DNA from: Eledone cirrhosa
Taxonomy: Eukaryota
Length of the DNA: 64,000 nucleotides
Direction: 5' to 3'
Assembly (NCBI GenBank): GCA_964016885.1
Contig: CAXHJY010000915.1
Coordinates: 35,030-99,029, forward strand
Both the position numbers and the translations under genes were made by a program. The notes beneath the pieces are model-generated. The model saw only the letters and a program-made list of their open reading frames with translations, was not told where the DNA came from and did no database searches. How positions within the stretch are numbered: the stretch's first letter is position 1; every line of letters begins with the position of its first letter. Positions 39,081 through 52,570 of this stretch are shown piece after piece.

Positions 39081-39991
39081 AACGAGTAGGACCCCGACGG
39101 CTGAGCTCAAGCCGTTTCGACGGCTAATTCTGGACTAAAAGTTTTATATATATAATATTTATGCAGAGTCTGTCAAGAAATGTTACTTAAAACTTTTAGT
39201 CCAGAATTAGCCGTCGAAACGGCTTGAGCTCAGCCGTCGGGGTCCTACTCGTTCCTATTACCCACTCTACTACCCTAAGTATTGAGTACTTTGGTGCGTT
39301 ATGGTCCACCTGGTTCCTTGCCACATTTCCTTCGTTTATATATATGTGTGTGTATGTATGTGTGTGTTATTTATTAATTTCTTTTTTTGTTGTTAATTGG
39401 ACCTCCTGCAGTTCCACCAATGACTGTTCCAATACACACACACACATATATATATATAATACACACACACATATATATATATAATACACACATACACATA
39501 TATATATATAATACACACACACATATATATAATACAACCAAACGCACAAATTACGTGAGAAAGGTCCCCCCACCCACAGGACAACTCTTCCCTAAGTCAT
39601 TTACATATTTATATTACTGTTTGTTGGTCAATGGTTCAGTACCACGGCCTAGCATCTTGGACATTTGTCATTTACTCAAGCCCTGGGTTGACCCATGCTT
39701 TGTGATTGAAATTTGGTAGACTGAGACTGTGTGGAATCCCGTTAGATGGATTGTACCAACTGTACTTGTAATTTAAAGGGCCAGCCTTATCACACACTGT
39801 ATTAAGCTGAATCTCCCTGAGGAGCATCTCGTTAAAGGTACAACATGTATTTGTGGAAGGCTCAGCCACTTACACGCTAATTCCATGAGTAGGTAGGTTG
39901 GTTGGACAACTGAAACGCTCATCGGGATCAAAACCGACGGAGGTCCATTCCAGTCAAATGTAAACATATTTGTATTACGATTTGTTATAAA

Positions 39992-40024
<33 letters not shown>

Positions 40025-40469
40025 TATTATCATCAATGTGAAGGTACGTGGCTTAGTTGTTAATGCATTTGACTCACAATTAAGAGGACAATGCGTTGTG
40101 TCCTTGAGCAAGACACTTTATTTCACGTTGCTCCAGTTCACTCAGCTGGAAAAGATTGAGCTGTATCGGCCTTTGGCTTTCCCTTAGAAAACATATATAG
40201 TATATATATAGTATATATATAGTATATATATAATGTATATATAGTATATATATAATGTATATATAGTGTATATATACGTTACAAGTACACTAGTACCAAG
40301 CTGTATCAGCGTTTGTCTTTCCCTTGGACAACATCATATATATTGTATATATACTGTACATAGTATATACAGTATATATACACAACGTATATATACACAC
40401 AGTATATATATATATTTGTTGCAACTATACTGGTACCAAGCTGTATTAACGTTTGCCTTTCCTGTAGAC

Positions 40470-40626
40470 CAGGCATGTTAAACATGCGGCCCTTTAAAAG
40501 CACACCTGCGGCCCGCACAAAGGTTTTTACAGCGTGAGCGTAATATAAAGTAAAACATATTAGTTGTAATGTGCGCAATTGGTTGTCATGTGTGGCCCTC
40601 GAGGGACCCTCAGTTTGATATGCCTG
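40470..40626. mobile_element. hAT-Charlie MITE
   Basis: TIRs CAGGCATGTTAAAC/GTTTGATATGCCTG; 8-bp TSD CTGTAGAC/CTTTAGAC; internal GCGGCCC motifs. Confidence 0.85.
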
Positions 40627-40648
40627 CTTTAGACAACATCGTATATAA

Positions 40649-40713
<65 letters not shown>

Positions 40714-41003
40714 TATATACAGTACATATATATCTGTTGCAACTACACTGGTACTAAGCTGTATCGGCCTTTGTCTTTCTCTTGAACAAGATCGGTGGCG
40801 TGGAGAGGAGGAGGAGGCTGGCATGCAAGGCCAACAGCACTGTCCCTGCATTCCACACTCACAAAAATAAAATTTAAAAAAATCCGCCTTAACCAGACCC
40901 AGGCTGATACCTTGAAGGGCAACACTTCCTGGGTTCAAACCCCGTCATTCTGTGACCGATAAGCGCCGGCACCACCACGGAATTTACCGCCGGCACCACC
41001 ACC

Positions 41004-41036
<33 letters not shown>

Positions 41037-41340
41037 GTTATTGTTTCTGGAGCTTTTATAAAGTTCATGGAAGGCAGTTTAAAATGATTATTAAAATATT
41101 TCCATTGTGGCATTATTTCTATAATGACAATACCAATGACATACCCGAAATAAAATGAACAAAATTTATATTTACATATAAAAAAAAGAAATGTTGTTTT
41201 GTTTTTATTGATGTATTTTATTTTATTTTATTTTATTTCTGTTTTGGTGGAGCAGGTTGGGGGCTTACAATCCTTTCGTCTGGTATTACTGTAACATTTA
41301 CCACAAACTATCGCGTGGATGAGAGAGAGAGAGAGAGATA

Positions 41341-41416
41341 CAGGGTGTCCCTCCAAAATGTGTTCAAACTTCGATTAGAATGCTGTTGAAGTGTGAATAC
41401 ATTTTTTGAAACACCC

Positions 41417-41418
<2 letters not shown>
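41341..41418. mobile_element. Tiny Tc1/mariner-type MITE
   Basis: TA-CAGGGTGT ... ACACCCTG-TA; relatives at 13957, 31271 and 63514-63613. Confidence 0.7.
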
Positions 41419-41477
<59 letters not shown>

Positions 41478-41623
41478 GAGAGTGTGTTTTTCGGTAACCG
41501 AAAAAACCCACTCGCCCGTGTGTTTTCTTCTCTGTATTATATTTGAAGAGTCTAGGATTCTTTTTTCTTTGAGCTCATGAATTACAGGGACTAACACGAG
41601 TTTCTGACTCCGTTGCTTTATTT

Positions 41624-41661
<38 letters not shown>

Positions 41662-41744
41662 GTTATTCCGGGTTGAATCGGAGGTAACCACAGTAAGTAA
41701 GGTACTCAATACATAGCAGAGTATAACAGTTTTAATATAGATGA

Positions 41745-41844
41745 GATTCTACAGGACTAGAACTGTTTCATTCATTAGAAATCATCAGGAATCTCGATTC
41801 CTGATGATTTCTAATGAATGAAACAGTTCTAGTCCTGTAGAATC
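41745..41844. ncRNA. Back-to-back inverted pair of hammerhead motifs
   Basis: Plus 41796-41844: GAUUC-CUGAUGA-UUUC-UAAU-GAAU-GAAAC-AG-UUCUAGUC-CU-GUA-GAAUC; mirror copy on minus at 41745-41793. Confidence 0.8.
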
Positions 41845-41860
41845 TCATCTATATTAAAAC

Positions 41861-41903
<43 letters not shown>

Positions 41904-42110
41904 CGGCAGGGGGGGGGGGGGGGGGGGGGGCAGTAAATTACAGGAATACACCAAATTCCATAATTGTATTGTATTAATAACAAAACTTATATTGAAATAA
42001 CAAAGGCATCACCAACGTATCGTCTGCGATTTTAAGGTACTGATTGAGTCCCATGATTGACATTTTACACGACAGCTCACGCGCATTGGTGCGCGACTAA
42101 AGGCTCACTC

Positions 42111-42216
<106 letters not shown>

Positions 42217-42664
42217 TATATATATATATATATACTGGTTTCAGAACCAACCACGATATAGAGAGACCATAAAGACCACCGTTGTTTTCATAGTTTAGGC
42301 CTTAAAATACCTCTCCTACTCGCTTTAAGTACATATAAAGTCATTAAAACAGACTTTTGTATTTAAACACCCAAAACAGTCAGTAACGATCGTATAGAAA
42401 CTAGCACCAACGATCGTACCAGTGGTTACCAATGACGTCCATTACCAGTCACGTTAGTGGTAATACACTGCACATCTCCCGTCAATCTATGAAGGGTTTG
42501 TAGTAGATTAGAGAAAAACAGAATCAGTAAACAGTAATGGAAGGAAAAATAAAAACATGTTTTCATAATTAAAGCCTTAAGATGTCCCTTCCTTACGCTA
42601 TCCACTTCAATCACATCGAAACTTATTAAGTTTAAATTTTAAACACTTTTTATTCAGCCGTATG

Positions 42665-43820
42665 TACCGCGATAAGAAAATAGATACGTTCTAATGAAAA
42701 ATCCGCGATGTAGCGAGGGTTACCGCGATAAGAAAATAGATACGTTCTAATGAAAAATCCGCGATGTAGCGAGGATTACCGCGATAAGAAAATAGATACG
42801 TTCTAATGAAAAATCCGCGATGTAGTGAGTGTTACCGCGATAAGAAAATAGATACGTTCTAATGAAAAATCCGCGATGTAGCGAGGGTTACCGCGATAAG
42901 AAAATAGATACGTTCTAATGAAAAATCCGCGATGTAGTGAGTGTTACCGCGATAAGAAAATAGATACGTTCTAATGAAAAATCCGCGATGTAGCGAGGGT
43001 TACCGCGATAAGAAAATAGATACGTTCTAATGAAAAATCCGCGATGTAGCGAGTGTTACCGCGATAAGAAAATAGATACGTTCTAATGAAAAATCCGCGA
43101 TGTAGCGAGTGTTACCGCGATAAGAAAATAGATACGTTCTAATGAAAAATCCGCGATGTAGCGAGGGTTACCGCGATAAGAAAATAGATACGTTCTAATG
43201 AAAAATCCGCGATGTAGCGAGTGTTACCGCGATAAGAAAATAGATACGTTCTAATGAAAAATCCGCGATGTAGCGAGTGTTACCGCGATAAGAAAATAGA
43301 TACGTTCTAATGAAAAATCCGCGATGTAGCGAGGGTTACCGCGATAAGAAAATAGATACGTTCTAATGAAAAATCCGCGATGTAGCGAGTGTTACCGCGA
43401 TAAGAAAATAGATACGTTCTAATGAAAAATCCGCGATGTAGCGAGGGTTACCGCGATTAGAAAATAGATACGTTCTCATGAAAAATCCGCGATGTAGCGA
43501 GGGTTACCGCGATTAGAAAATAGATACGTTCTCATGAAAAATCCGCGATGTAGCGAGGGTTACCGCGATAAGAAAATAGATACGTTCTAATGAAAAATCC
43601 GCGATGTAGCGAGGGTTACCGCGATTAGAAAATAGATACGTTCTCATGAAAAATCCGCGATGTAGCGAGGATTACCGCGATTAGAAAATAGATACGTTCT
43701 CATGAAAAATCCGCGATGTAGCGAGGATTACCGCGATTAGAAAATAGATATGTTCTCATGAAAAATCCGCGATATAGCGGGACCGCGAAAAGTGAACCGC
43801 GATATCGCAGAGGATTTCTG
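42665..43820. repeat. 56-bp satellite (about 20 units) derived from a pogo/Tigger-like subterminal region
   Basis: Unit TACCGCGATAAGAAAATAGATACGTTCTAATGAAAAATCCGCGATGTAGCGAGGGT runs into the terminus CCGCGAAAAGTGAACCGCGATATCGCAGAGGATTTCTG. Confidence 0.85.
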
Positions 43821-44093
43821 TGTATATAATAATAGTAACGAAAATCGCTGGTATAAATTCAGCGTCCCCCGGCCAATATATATAGAACTATATATATATG
43901 GCTTTTTATCTACGGATATTCTTCATATAACACACACATACATACATACATACACATACACACATACATACATACATATATACATACATATGGGTCCGGG
44001 TTCAGTACGTAAGTACGGTACTCAATACATTAGTAGAGTATATACAACAAAAATATTGAAATAGCTTCTACAGGACTAGAACTGTTTGATTCA

Positions 44094-44145
44094 GGCTTTC
44101 CTGATGATTTTCTTCGAATGAAAAAGTTCTAGTCCTGTAGAAGCC
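44094..44145 (+). ncRNA. Hammerhead motif, same family as 41796, with a C-to-A change in stem III
   Basis: GGCUUUC-CUGAUGA..GAAAA-AGUUCUAGUCCU-GUA-GAAGCC within a partial fold-back at 43990-44165. Confidence 0.55.
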
Positions 44146-44230
44146 ATTTCTATATTTTTGTTATATATATATATATATATATATATATAACAAAAATATA
44201 GAAATGTTATATATATATAACAAAAATATA

Positions 44231-44288
<58 letters not shown>

Positions 44289-44329
44289 CAAAAATATAGA
44301 AATGTTATATATATATAACAAAAATATAG

Positions 44330-44363
<34 letters not shown>

Positions 44364-44771
44364 CAAAAATATAGAAATGTTATATATATATAACAAAAAT
44401 ATAGAAATATATATATATATATAAGGAAAAAAGATGAAATCGACAATGAAACTGGAGACTTTTAAAATATATTTATTTGGTTCCTTTACCGGTTTCGCAG
44501 TTCTTGTTCTTTTCAAAAATAGAATTGAGATGGAGGGTTTGTGGTTTTACTGTATCCATATTGATATATACACGCACACACACACATCATCATCATCATC
44601 ATCATCATTTTACGTCCGCTTTTCCCTGCTTGCAAGGGTTGGACACACACACACACATACACACACATATATATATGTATACAAAGAGAGAGAAAATGAA
44701 ATAAACAACGCACCCTCATATATAATATATATATATATACATATATATATATGTGTATATATATATATGTG

Positions 44772-44802
<31 letters not shown>

Positions 44803-45150
44803 TAGGTGGGTGCGTTGTTTATCTCTCTCTCTCTCTCACATACATATATACTTACACACACACACACTCTCTCTCTCTCTGTTTAAAAGAAATCAAAATA
44901 TCAAAACATCCTGTCACAACGTTTTCCTCTTCCCGAAGTTTAATGACCTGTCAGTGAACTGGTAGAGTCGTTAGAACAATAGAAGGATTGACGGTATTCC
45001 TTCTGGTTCTCAGTGCTCTCAGTTCAAATCCCGCTGAGATCAACTGTGCCTTTTATTCATTCGAGGTCAATAACAAATGTTACCAGTCAGACACAGTAAG
45101 TTACAAGTACATGCATATATACATACATACATACATACATACATACATAC

Positions 45151-45558
45151 ATGGTGGCTGCCAACTCGTTTTCGAGTATGGCCACTACTTTATATCCCTG
45201 TAGGAGAACCCCTACTGATGCGCTGAACGAGTGTGACTTTTTAGTCCAGCCAGCGACTTGAAAACTCTGGTACAAACACTACACCTGTGACAATTATTGA
45301 CACATAGTGCTGGGCCCATGGTACCATGTGATGACAAGTGCAGAGAGATCTCCAGATATAAAGCAATGCCTGTGCTGTGAAGCTTTTATAGTGAGCAAAG
45401 GCACTGCACAAAGCCAGTCCCACTCTCTTAACCAAGATGATATTTACCAAAAAGAAGAACAAGTCAACATCATTGGATACCATCAGGGTTGCAGGTGTTA
45501 TATCAGAGTTTTCCTTCTCCTAGAATTCTGCCTTGACAAAGGCTAAGGGGTCATCTCT
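45151..45558 (-). mobile_element. Bipartite RTE-derived element, 5'-truncated
   Basis: Matches 26658-27066; (CATA)n on both sides. Confidence 0.85.
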
Positions 45559-45596
45559 CATACATACATACATACATACATACATACATACATACA

Positions 45597-45630
<34 letters not shown>

Positions 45631-45819
45631 CTTTTGGCGTGGGAGACTATTTATTAAATTTAAGATGAAACTATCTCCGACAGTAATGCCACAAGTTGAA
45701 TAACTGGTTATTCTTCTAACTATCCCTAACTATCCCTTCTGAAGACACCTTTTATTCGAATTCGTAGAGATATCCGACTAAATACATAATTCATTTTACA
45801 AGGATTTACTACAAACAGC

Positions 45820-46110
45820 ATGGCTGAACACAACATCAACGAAAAAATTAAGGAAGTACCGAAGACAAATAACAAGGAAGGTAAACAAACTTTATTCAGC
45901 TGTAGCTACAGAAGAAACCGAAATTATAAATCGCATTTCTCTTGGAGTTGCGAACTTAATAATGATTTATTTAATTGTTATAAAATGGCAATCCCTCCAT
46001 TGGCGATATGAATAGAATGAAGCTACACTGGGCCGAAATGCACCCAGAGCTAAATTATTTCACAGCGAAACAATTACGCCAACAAGCGACGTTTGTTGAA
46101 CGTAAAAATA
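45820..46110 (+). pseudogene. R4/Dong-clade LINE N-terminal (Myb-like) fragment
   Basis: ..FSWSCELNNDLFNCYKMA.. then, after a frameshift, YMNRMKLHWAEMHPE..KQLRQQA, resembling R4 N-termini. Confidence 0.55.
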
Positions 46111-46219
46111 AGATGTCTGGCAGGTATGATGAGTGGCATCTCCGACAGCAGCCTGGTAGTCAACCACTGGTCTCACTTTATGACTGCGAAGATGACTTTC
46201 GAGTCCAGCTTTGCTGAGG

Positions 46220-46378
46220 TTTGATAGTAGCTGGAAACACCATGCTTGCCTATCTCAGTGAAAAGTGGAGTGAAACAGGGGAATATTCCAGCACCGTCCC
46301 TATTTGCCATATACTTTATCATAGTTTTCTATATTGCATTCAGTGATTGCAAGCATGGTATTTACATCTACTATCGAA
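46220..46378 (+). pseudogene. RTE (BovB-like) RT fragment
   Basis: [28 protein letters not shown]. Confidence 0.7.
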
Positions 46379-46446
46379 CATACATACATACATACATACA
46401 TACATACATACATACATACATACATACATACATACATACATACATA

Positions 46447-46765
46447 CGTTGGAAGGTACTCCGTCAGTTACGACGACAAGTGTTCCAGTTGATCCAATCA
46501 ACGGAACAGCCTGCTCATGAAATTAACGTACAAGTGGCTGAGCATTCCACAAACACGCGTTCCCTTAACTAGTTCCCAGGGAGATTCGACGTTGCACAGA
46601 ATGTGACAGGGCTGGCCCTTCGAATTACAGGTACAACTATTTTTTGCCAACTGAGTGAACTGAAGCAACGTGAAATAAAGTGTCTTGCTCAAGGACACAC
46701 CGCGCCGCCCGGAATCGAACTCACGACCTTATGATCGGGAGCCTGATACACCAACCACAAAGCCA
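46447..46765 (-). mobile_element. CORE-type SINE family B, near full length
   Basis: tRNA head, GTGTCCTTGAGCAAGACACTTTATTTC core and a long body also seen at about 6165-6325 and 39760-40150. Confidence 0.75.
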
Positions 46766-46775
46766 CATACATACA

Positions 46776-47298
46776 TGATGGTTGCAAACTCCGCTCAGAG
46801 TATTGCAATCGTTTGTCAGATTATAGAGTTTGGTGCACTTTTAGGCTATGGCCAGCCACACAAACCTGTAACATATCCTGAACAAGCAATGCCTGTACTT
46901 TGAAGGTTTTTTAAGTGGGGAAAGGCCTTGCACTCGACCAATCCCACTCTCTGAACATCGAAAACACTACCAGAAAAGGAGAACTGGTGAACATCATCGG
47001 ATGATTCCGAAGCCGCAGGGTTTTTTCAGAGTTTCCCTCTCCTAGAAAGGTGTTGTGACATTAACTGGGGCCCTTTCACTCCCAGGTGAAAAAAATAAAA
47101 GGTACGATTTGGATGGCCATTGACTCTGCTGAGTTCCTCCACCCTTTGTCGGGTCTTGTATTTCATCCCGCAGGGTTTCCAAATATCACCCTCCTCACCA
47201 AGCAAGCTTGCTGGGGTTGCCGGTTTAGTCACCGACGACCCGACCATGAGACAGGTTTACTGGGTTACATGTTACCAGTAGCACTCGAGAACGACCTA
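46776..47298 (-). mobile_element. Diverged bipartite RTE-derived element
   Basis: Shares GGATGGCCATTGAC, CCCTCCTCACCAAG and CGACCATGAGACAGG blocks with 26658-27267. Confidence 0.7.
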
Positions 47299-47307
47299 AC
47301 ACACACA

Positions 47308-47409
<102 letters not shown>

Positions 47410-47824
47410 ATGACAACTTTAAAAGACGTATTTGCGTCCTTGTACAAGGCATTTGATTTGCTTATGTTGAAAACTTATACCAATCTGTGCAATCATGGGC
47501 AAACAGACGGAAAACGATGTCTAACGTAATAACAAATCACGGATGTAGTACTACTTCCGCAATAGAAGCGTCTCTGGTTTAAAAAATATAACTTCCTGTG
47601 ACGTCCTTAAACACCATAACAAACAGCCTAAAATATTAGATTAGAAGTGATAGAGTTTTAAAGAAATAGAAAGTGACGGAGGATCAAACTGTTATAGGAA
47701 TGTAAAGAGGAATATATACAAGTCCTTACTAAAGCTTGTCAAACTAATGAAGAAGGATAATATACAAGGGTTGACTATGTGTCTGTATGTGTGACATTCG
47801 AAAGAATATTCTCCACCTCTAACT

Positions 47825-48740
47825 AACTTACCCTCCTCCTCTTGATCCCGGCCGACAGGATGGAGAAGACATTACCCCGGAGAACGGCGAGGCTGACGCA
47901 CTGGAACAGTCACTTCACCTCGCGTGGCCGGCAGCCAACTCTGCTCCGATAAGAGTGAGTAGCGATCTGGTCCAGCGGCCAAGAACGCCGGAAGTCTCCA
48001 CTGCTACAGGGTCTACCATAAACCTATCACTTGAGCAGGGATGTGGTCCAGAGGCCAAGAACACCGGAAGTCTCCACTGCTACAGGGTCTACCATAAACC
48101 TATCACTTGAGCAGGGATGTGGTCCAGAGGCCAAGAACACCGGAAGTCTCCACTGCTACAGGGTCTACCATAAACCTATCACTTGAGCAGGGATGTGGTC
48201 CAGAGGCCAAGAACACCGGAAGTCTCCACTGCTACAGGGTCTACCATAAACCTATCACTTGAGCAGGGATGTGGTCCAGAGGCCAAGAACACCGGAAGTC
48301 TCCACTGCTACAGGGTCTACCATAAACCTATCACTTGAGCAGGGATGTGGTCCAGAGGCCAAGAACACCGGAAGTCTCCACTGCTACAGGGTCTACCATA
48401 AACCTATCACTTGAGCAGGGATGTGGTCCAGAGGCCAAGAACACCGGAAGTCTCCACTGCTACAGGGTCTACCATAAACCTATCACTTGAGCAGGGATGT
48501 GGTCCAGCGGCCAAGAACACCGGAAGTCTCCACTGCTACAGGGTCTACCATAAACCTATGGGCTCTGGGCCTAGGGCACGGCGGTAATGGGGCTGCGCCC
48601 ATCGGACAGGACCGCAAAAGCATTCTCTCGGACAATGGCCAGCGACACGCGCTGCAACAGCCACCCCACCTCGCGGGGCTCCTTCCTCAGACGGGCCACG
48701 ACGTTCCGATCTTGTGGTCGAAGTACGCCCGAGGTCTCTA
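47825..48740 (-). pseudogene. Two CRE-clade LINE 3' fragments (restriction-like endonuclease end) with an internal 76-bp tandem repeat
   Basis: Minus translations PVAVETSGVLG..LFQCVSLAVLRGNV and ETSGVL..WLLQRVSLAIVRENA; 76-bp unit repeated about 8 times (47968-48558). Confidence 0.7.
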
Positions 48741-48744
48741 CGGC

Positions 48745-50210
48745 GAGCGGAAAACTAAATTGAAGAAACGGGGTGAAATAAGACGACTGGAAATGTCGTG
48801 CCATGTCAAAAATAAAGGATTACCAACAGTTATAGAAGAATTGAGACAGTGGAGGCATTAATTGCAAAAATTAGGAAGGATGATCTGTTTAGAGATCAAT
48901 ACATTGAAGAAATTGGATGGAAACGAGAGGTGCAATGCTATAAAACCGGATGTAGAGGAGTACCAAGGATTTTGGGGAAGTACAAAGGTTGACTGATAAG
49001 TTCATTAGCTGAAAATTTCAAATACTGACCAAGATACTCTCATGGAATGACCAAATGAGGTTTATCTTTCAACATAGTCCCTGGAAAGAAACAATGCAGT
49101 TATTAATAAGAAGGGTTGAAATTAATGCATGCAAGATTTCTCAGCTCTAGCATCACTCCTTCATAGGTTGACCAAGATACTCTCATGGAATGACCAAATA
49201 AGGTTTATCTTTCAACATAGTCCCTGGAAAGAAACAATGCAGTTATTAATAAGAAGGGTTGAAATTAATGCATGCAAGATTTCTCAGCTCTAGCATCACT
49301 CCTTCATAGGTTGACCAAGATACTCTCATGGAATGACCAAATAAGGTTTATCTTTTAACATAGTCCCTGGAAAGAAACAATGCAGTTATTAATAAGAAGG
49401 GTTGAAATTAATGCATGCAAGATTTCACAGCTCTAGCATCACTCTTTCATAGGTTGACCAAGATACTTTCATGGAATGGCCAAATAAGATTTATTTTTTA
49501 ACAGTCCCCAGAAAGAAACAATGCAGAAAAAGAATGATAAACTTGTTTGAGGCGTGGATCAATTGTAAGAAGGCTCAAGATATGATCTCCCACTCATGGC
49601 TTTTGGAATATCTAAATTTGACAGAAAACACCAAGACATTGGTTGAAAAACTCCATGACAAGCTGGAAAACTGAGCTGACATCAGATGTTTTAGGTGAAG
49701 GAGAAGGATTTTTCAAGGAGACAACTTACCACCTTTAATATTCGTGGTGGCAATATTACCTCTGTCCATAGTACTCAGGAATGTGAAATGTGGGTATTCA
49801 TTAGGAAAATGAAGATGCGTCTTGCATCATCTATTATTTATGAATGACCTCAAGTTAGAGAATGAATATAAAACCTGGAGACATGATAATGTGGCTACAA
49901 TAATACCTTCGTTACTATGTAAAGAGTTGGGCTTTAATTGTTGTGAAAATAGTATGACCACTTGGTGACAAAACGGATGAAAATGTTGCAAAATGACAAT
50001 ATTAACGAAGATAAATAGATCGATCCCAACAAACCGGATATAGTGTTGTTAAACAAGAAAGAAAGGATGTGCTTTGTGCTTTATTGCGGACGTAGCCCGC
50101 CTACTCATACGAGAATACAGGATAGAGAAATAGAGAAGTGCTACTATAATGACTTTAAATATGACATTTTTGGGTGAAATCCCATTGTCATTCGTGACCT
50201 AAGAGGGTCT
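48745..50210 (+). pseudogene. Heavily degraded R4/Dong-clade LINE
   Basis: Remnants AWINCKKAQDMISHSW, RRRIFQGDNLPPLIFV, HHLLFMNDLK and KPDIVLLNK; internal 143-bp tandem repeat about 3.4 times (49026-49520). Confidence 0.7.
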
Positions 50211-50216
50211 TTATCC

Positions 50217-50270
<54 letters not shown>

Positions 50271-50462
50271 TAACAGATTAAAGTTTAAGCAAAGAATCGC
50301 TACTTTCACCCTTAACGGGATCTTCTGAAACTAACAAAGTCAATCTGTAAACGCAGAAGTGAATATTTCAAAAAACGTTGCAACCGGAGGAAGACAGGAA
50401 GACGATACTTTGGTTCGTGGAAACGTTCCCTGGCAAAGAACGGTCATATATACTAATACAAT

Positions 50463-50631
<169 letters not shown>

Positions 50632-50665
50632 TTATATATATATATATATAGTTTTAATATAGATG

Positions 50666-50716
50666 AGATTCTACAGGACTAGAACTGTTTCATTCTTTAG
50701 AAATCATCAGGAATCT
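50666..50716 (-). ncRNA. Hammerhead motif (41796 family)
   Basis: Minus: AGAUUC-CUGAUGA-UUUC-UAAA-GAAU-GAAAC-AG..CU-GUA-GAAUCU. Confidence 0.75.
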
Positions 50717-50846
50717 GGGTATCAAAAAATAAATAAATATGGCATTTATAGGTCTCTTCAGGTGGTGGGAGAGGGTGGGGAGTGGGATGGGTGTAGGCCA
50801 TTGGTTGATAGAAAAGGTGGTTACCTCCGATTCAACCCGGAATAAC

Positions 50847-50913
<67 letters not shown>

Positions 50914-51000
50914 GTAGGAGGTGAGTTTTATTGTAGTACAATAAAGCAATGCAGATATCGGATAAGAAGCACTCTACAGTTTGTAGGACTGGAGTATACA

Positions 51001-51336
51001 TAATATAAGATCAAAAGATGGTTTTAAAGGAGTTCCATGTATTTTATTATGCGCATTTCAAAAACAAACATCATCATGCAATAATATTTGTGTTTTCATC
51101 AGATAAAACAGGAGAACATGATATGAAGGCTAAAAAACACTTGTGGATAGTGCAGTTTTAAATCAACATATATGATATGTTGATTTAAAACTGCTCTATC
51201 CACAAGTGTTTTTTAGCCTTCATATCATGTTCTCCTGTTTTATCTGATGAAAACACAAATATTATTGCATGATGATGTTTGTTTTTGAAATGCGCATAAT
51301 AAAATACATGGAACTCCTTTAACCATCTTTTGATCT

Positions 51337-51343
<7 letters not shown>
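51001..51343. mobile_element. About 340-bp palindrome of two inverted Penelope pseudo-LTR ends, each with a hammerhead
   Basis: Each arm matches 29846-30010; hammerheads at 51042-51108 (-) and 51238-51304 (+); followed by (TA)n. Confidence 0.85.
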
Positions 51344-51406
<63 letters not shown>

Positions 51407-51530
51407 CAATAACAGAGATAGTTTAAAACTAAACTCTGACTGGTAACCATCTCACTCAACAAACATTAGGTTATATTTAAATATATATATATATATATAG
51501 GTTATATTTAAGGTTATATTAGGTTATATT

Positions 51531-51583
<53 letters not shown>

Positions 51584-52019
51584 GGATTTCCTATATCACT
51601 GATTCGTTTAATGGGAATGTCACCAGAGAACGCTAATATACTTGAACTCTGCGTTGCTTGTCTCGTCACACTGCCTCTATATTCCATTCACAATGCTTAT
51701 GCAGATTAGCCACTTTACTTCTGGATTTCATAATAGAAACTATCATTCTTTTGTCTATTATTGTTTCACTTGGTATAGGCTATCTATATTTAGCAGGGTT
51801 TCGTCATTAATGCTTAAGTTTTAGTATGTTTCCATACATGATTCCAAACTCATTCACACACATTCCCTGGTGTGATTGGATGGTTTTCTGTCAGGATGGG
51901 TTAATCTATAACATCTCTCTATAAATAGACATTAAGAATAGACATTTCATCGATGCCAAATTTCACGTTCAATTGTACTTACTTACAAACAGTTATGGCG
52001 GCGAGTGATAGCTTAGTGC

Positions 52020-52061
<42 letters not shown>

Positions 52062-52387
52062 GAGAGACTGTGTGTGTTTGTGTGTGTGAAAGAGAGTGTA
52101 TGTGTGTGTATGTATGTGTGTGTGTATGTGTTTGTGTGTGTGTGTGATGAAGGCACGCGCGTGGCTTTGTGGTTAAGGTTTTTGACTCGCGAATCAAGTC
52201 GTGAGTTCGATTCCCGGACCAGGTGATGTGTTATGTCCTTGAGCAAGACACTTTATTTCAAGTTGCTCCATGCGGCCATGCATGGACACAGCTTATTATA
52301 CTGGTTTAGTGCCATTAGGACTGCGGCCATGCTGGTGCATCACCTTATTCTCCTTTCGTTCAGTTATTTTCCAAGACACCAACTTAA

Positions 52388-52570
52388 TAATTGTTTCTAC
52401 TTTTGGCACAAGGCCAGCAATTATCCCAGTGCATTACTGGTACTTTATTTTATCAACTCCGTAAGGATGAAAGGCAAAGCTAACCTCGGTGGGATTTGAA
52501 CTTAGAACGTACAGGGCCGTAACTCTATGCTGCAAAGCATGGCGTCCGACTCTCTACCGATACTGCCAAT
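52388..52570 (-). mobile_element. SINE family A copy, preceded by a family B head at 52150-52270
   Basis: Family motifs as in the other copies. Confidence 0.8.

Noticed and set aside
42665-43780. CRISPR-like appearance of the regular arrays (also 11820, 17296, 23963 and 47968)
   Set aside because: Units are contiguous with no unique spacers, no cas genes are present, and the context is eukaryotic.
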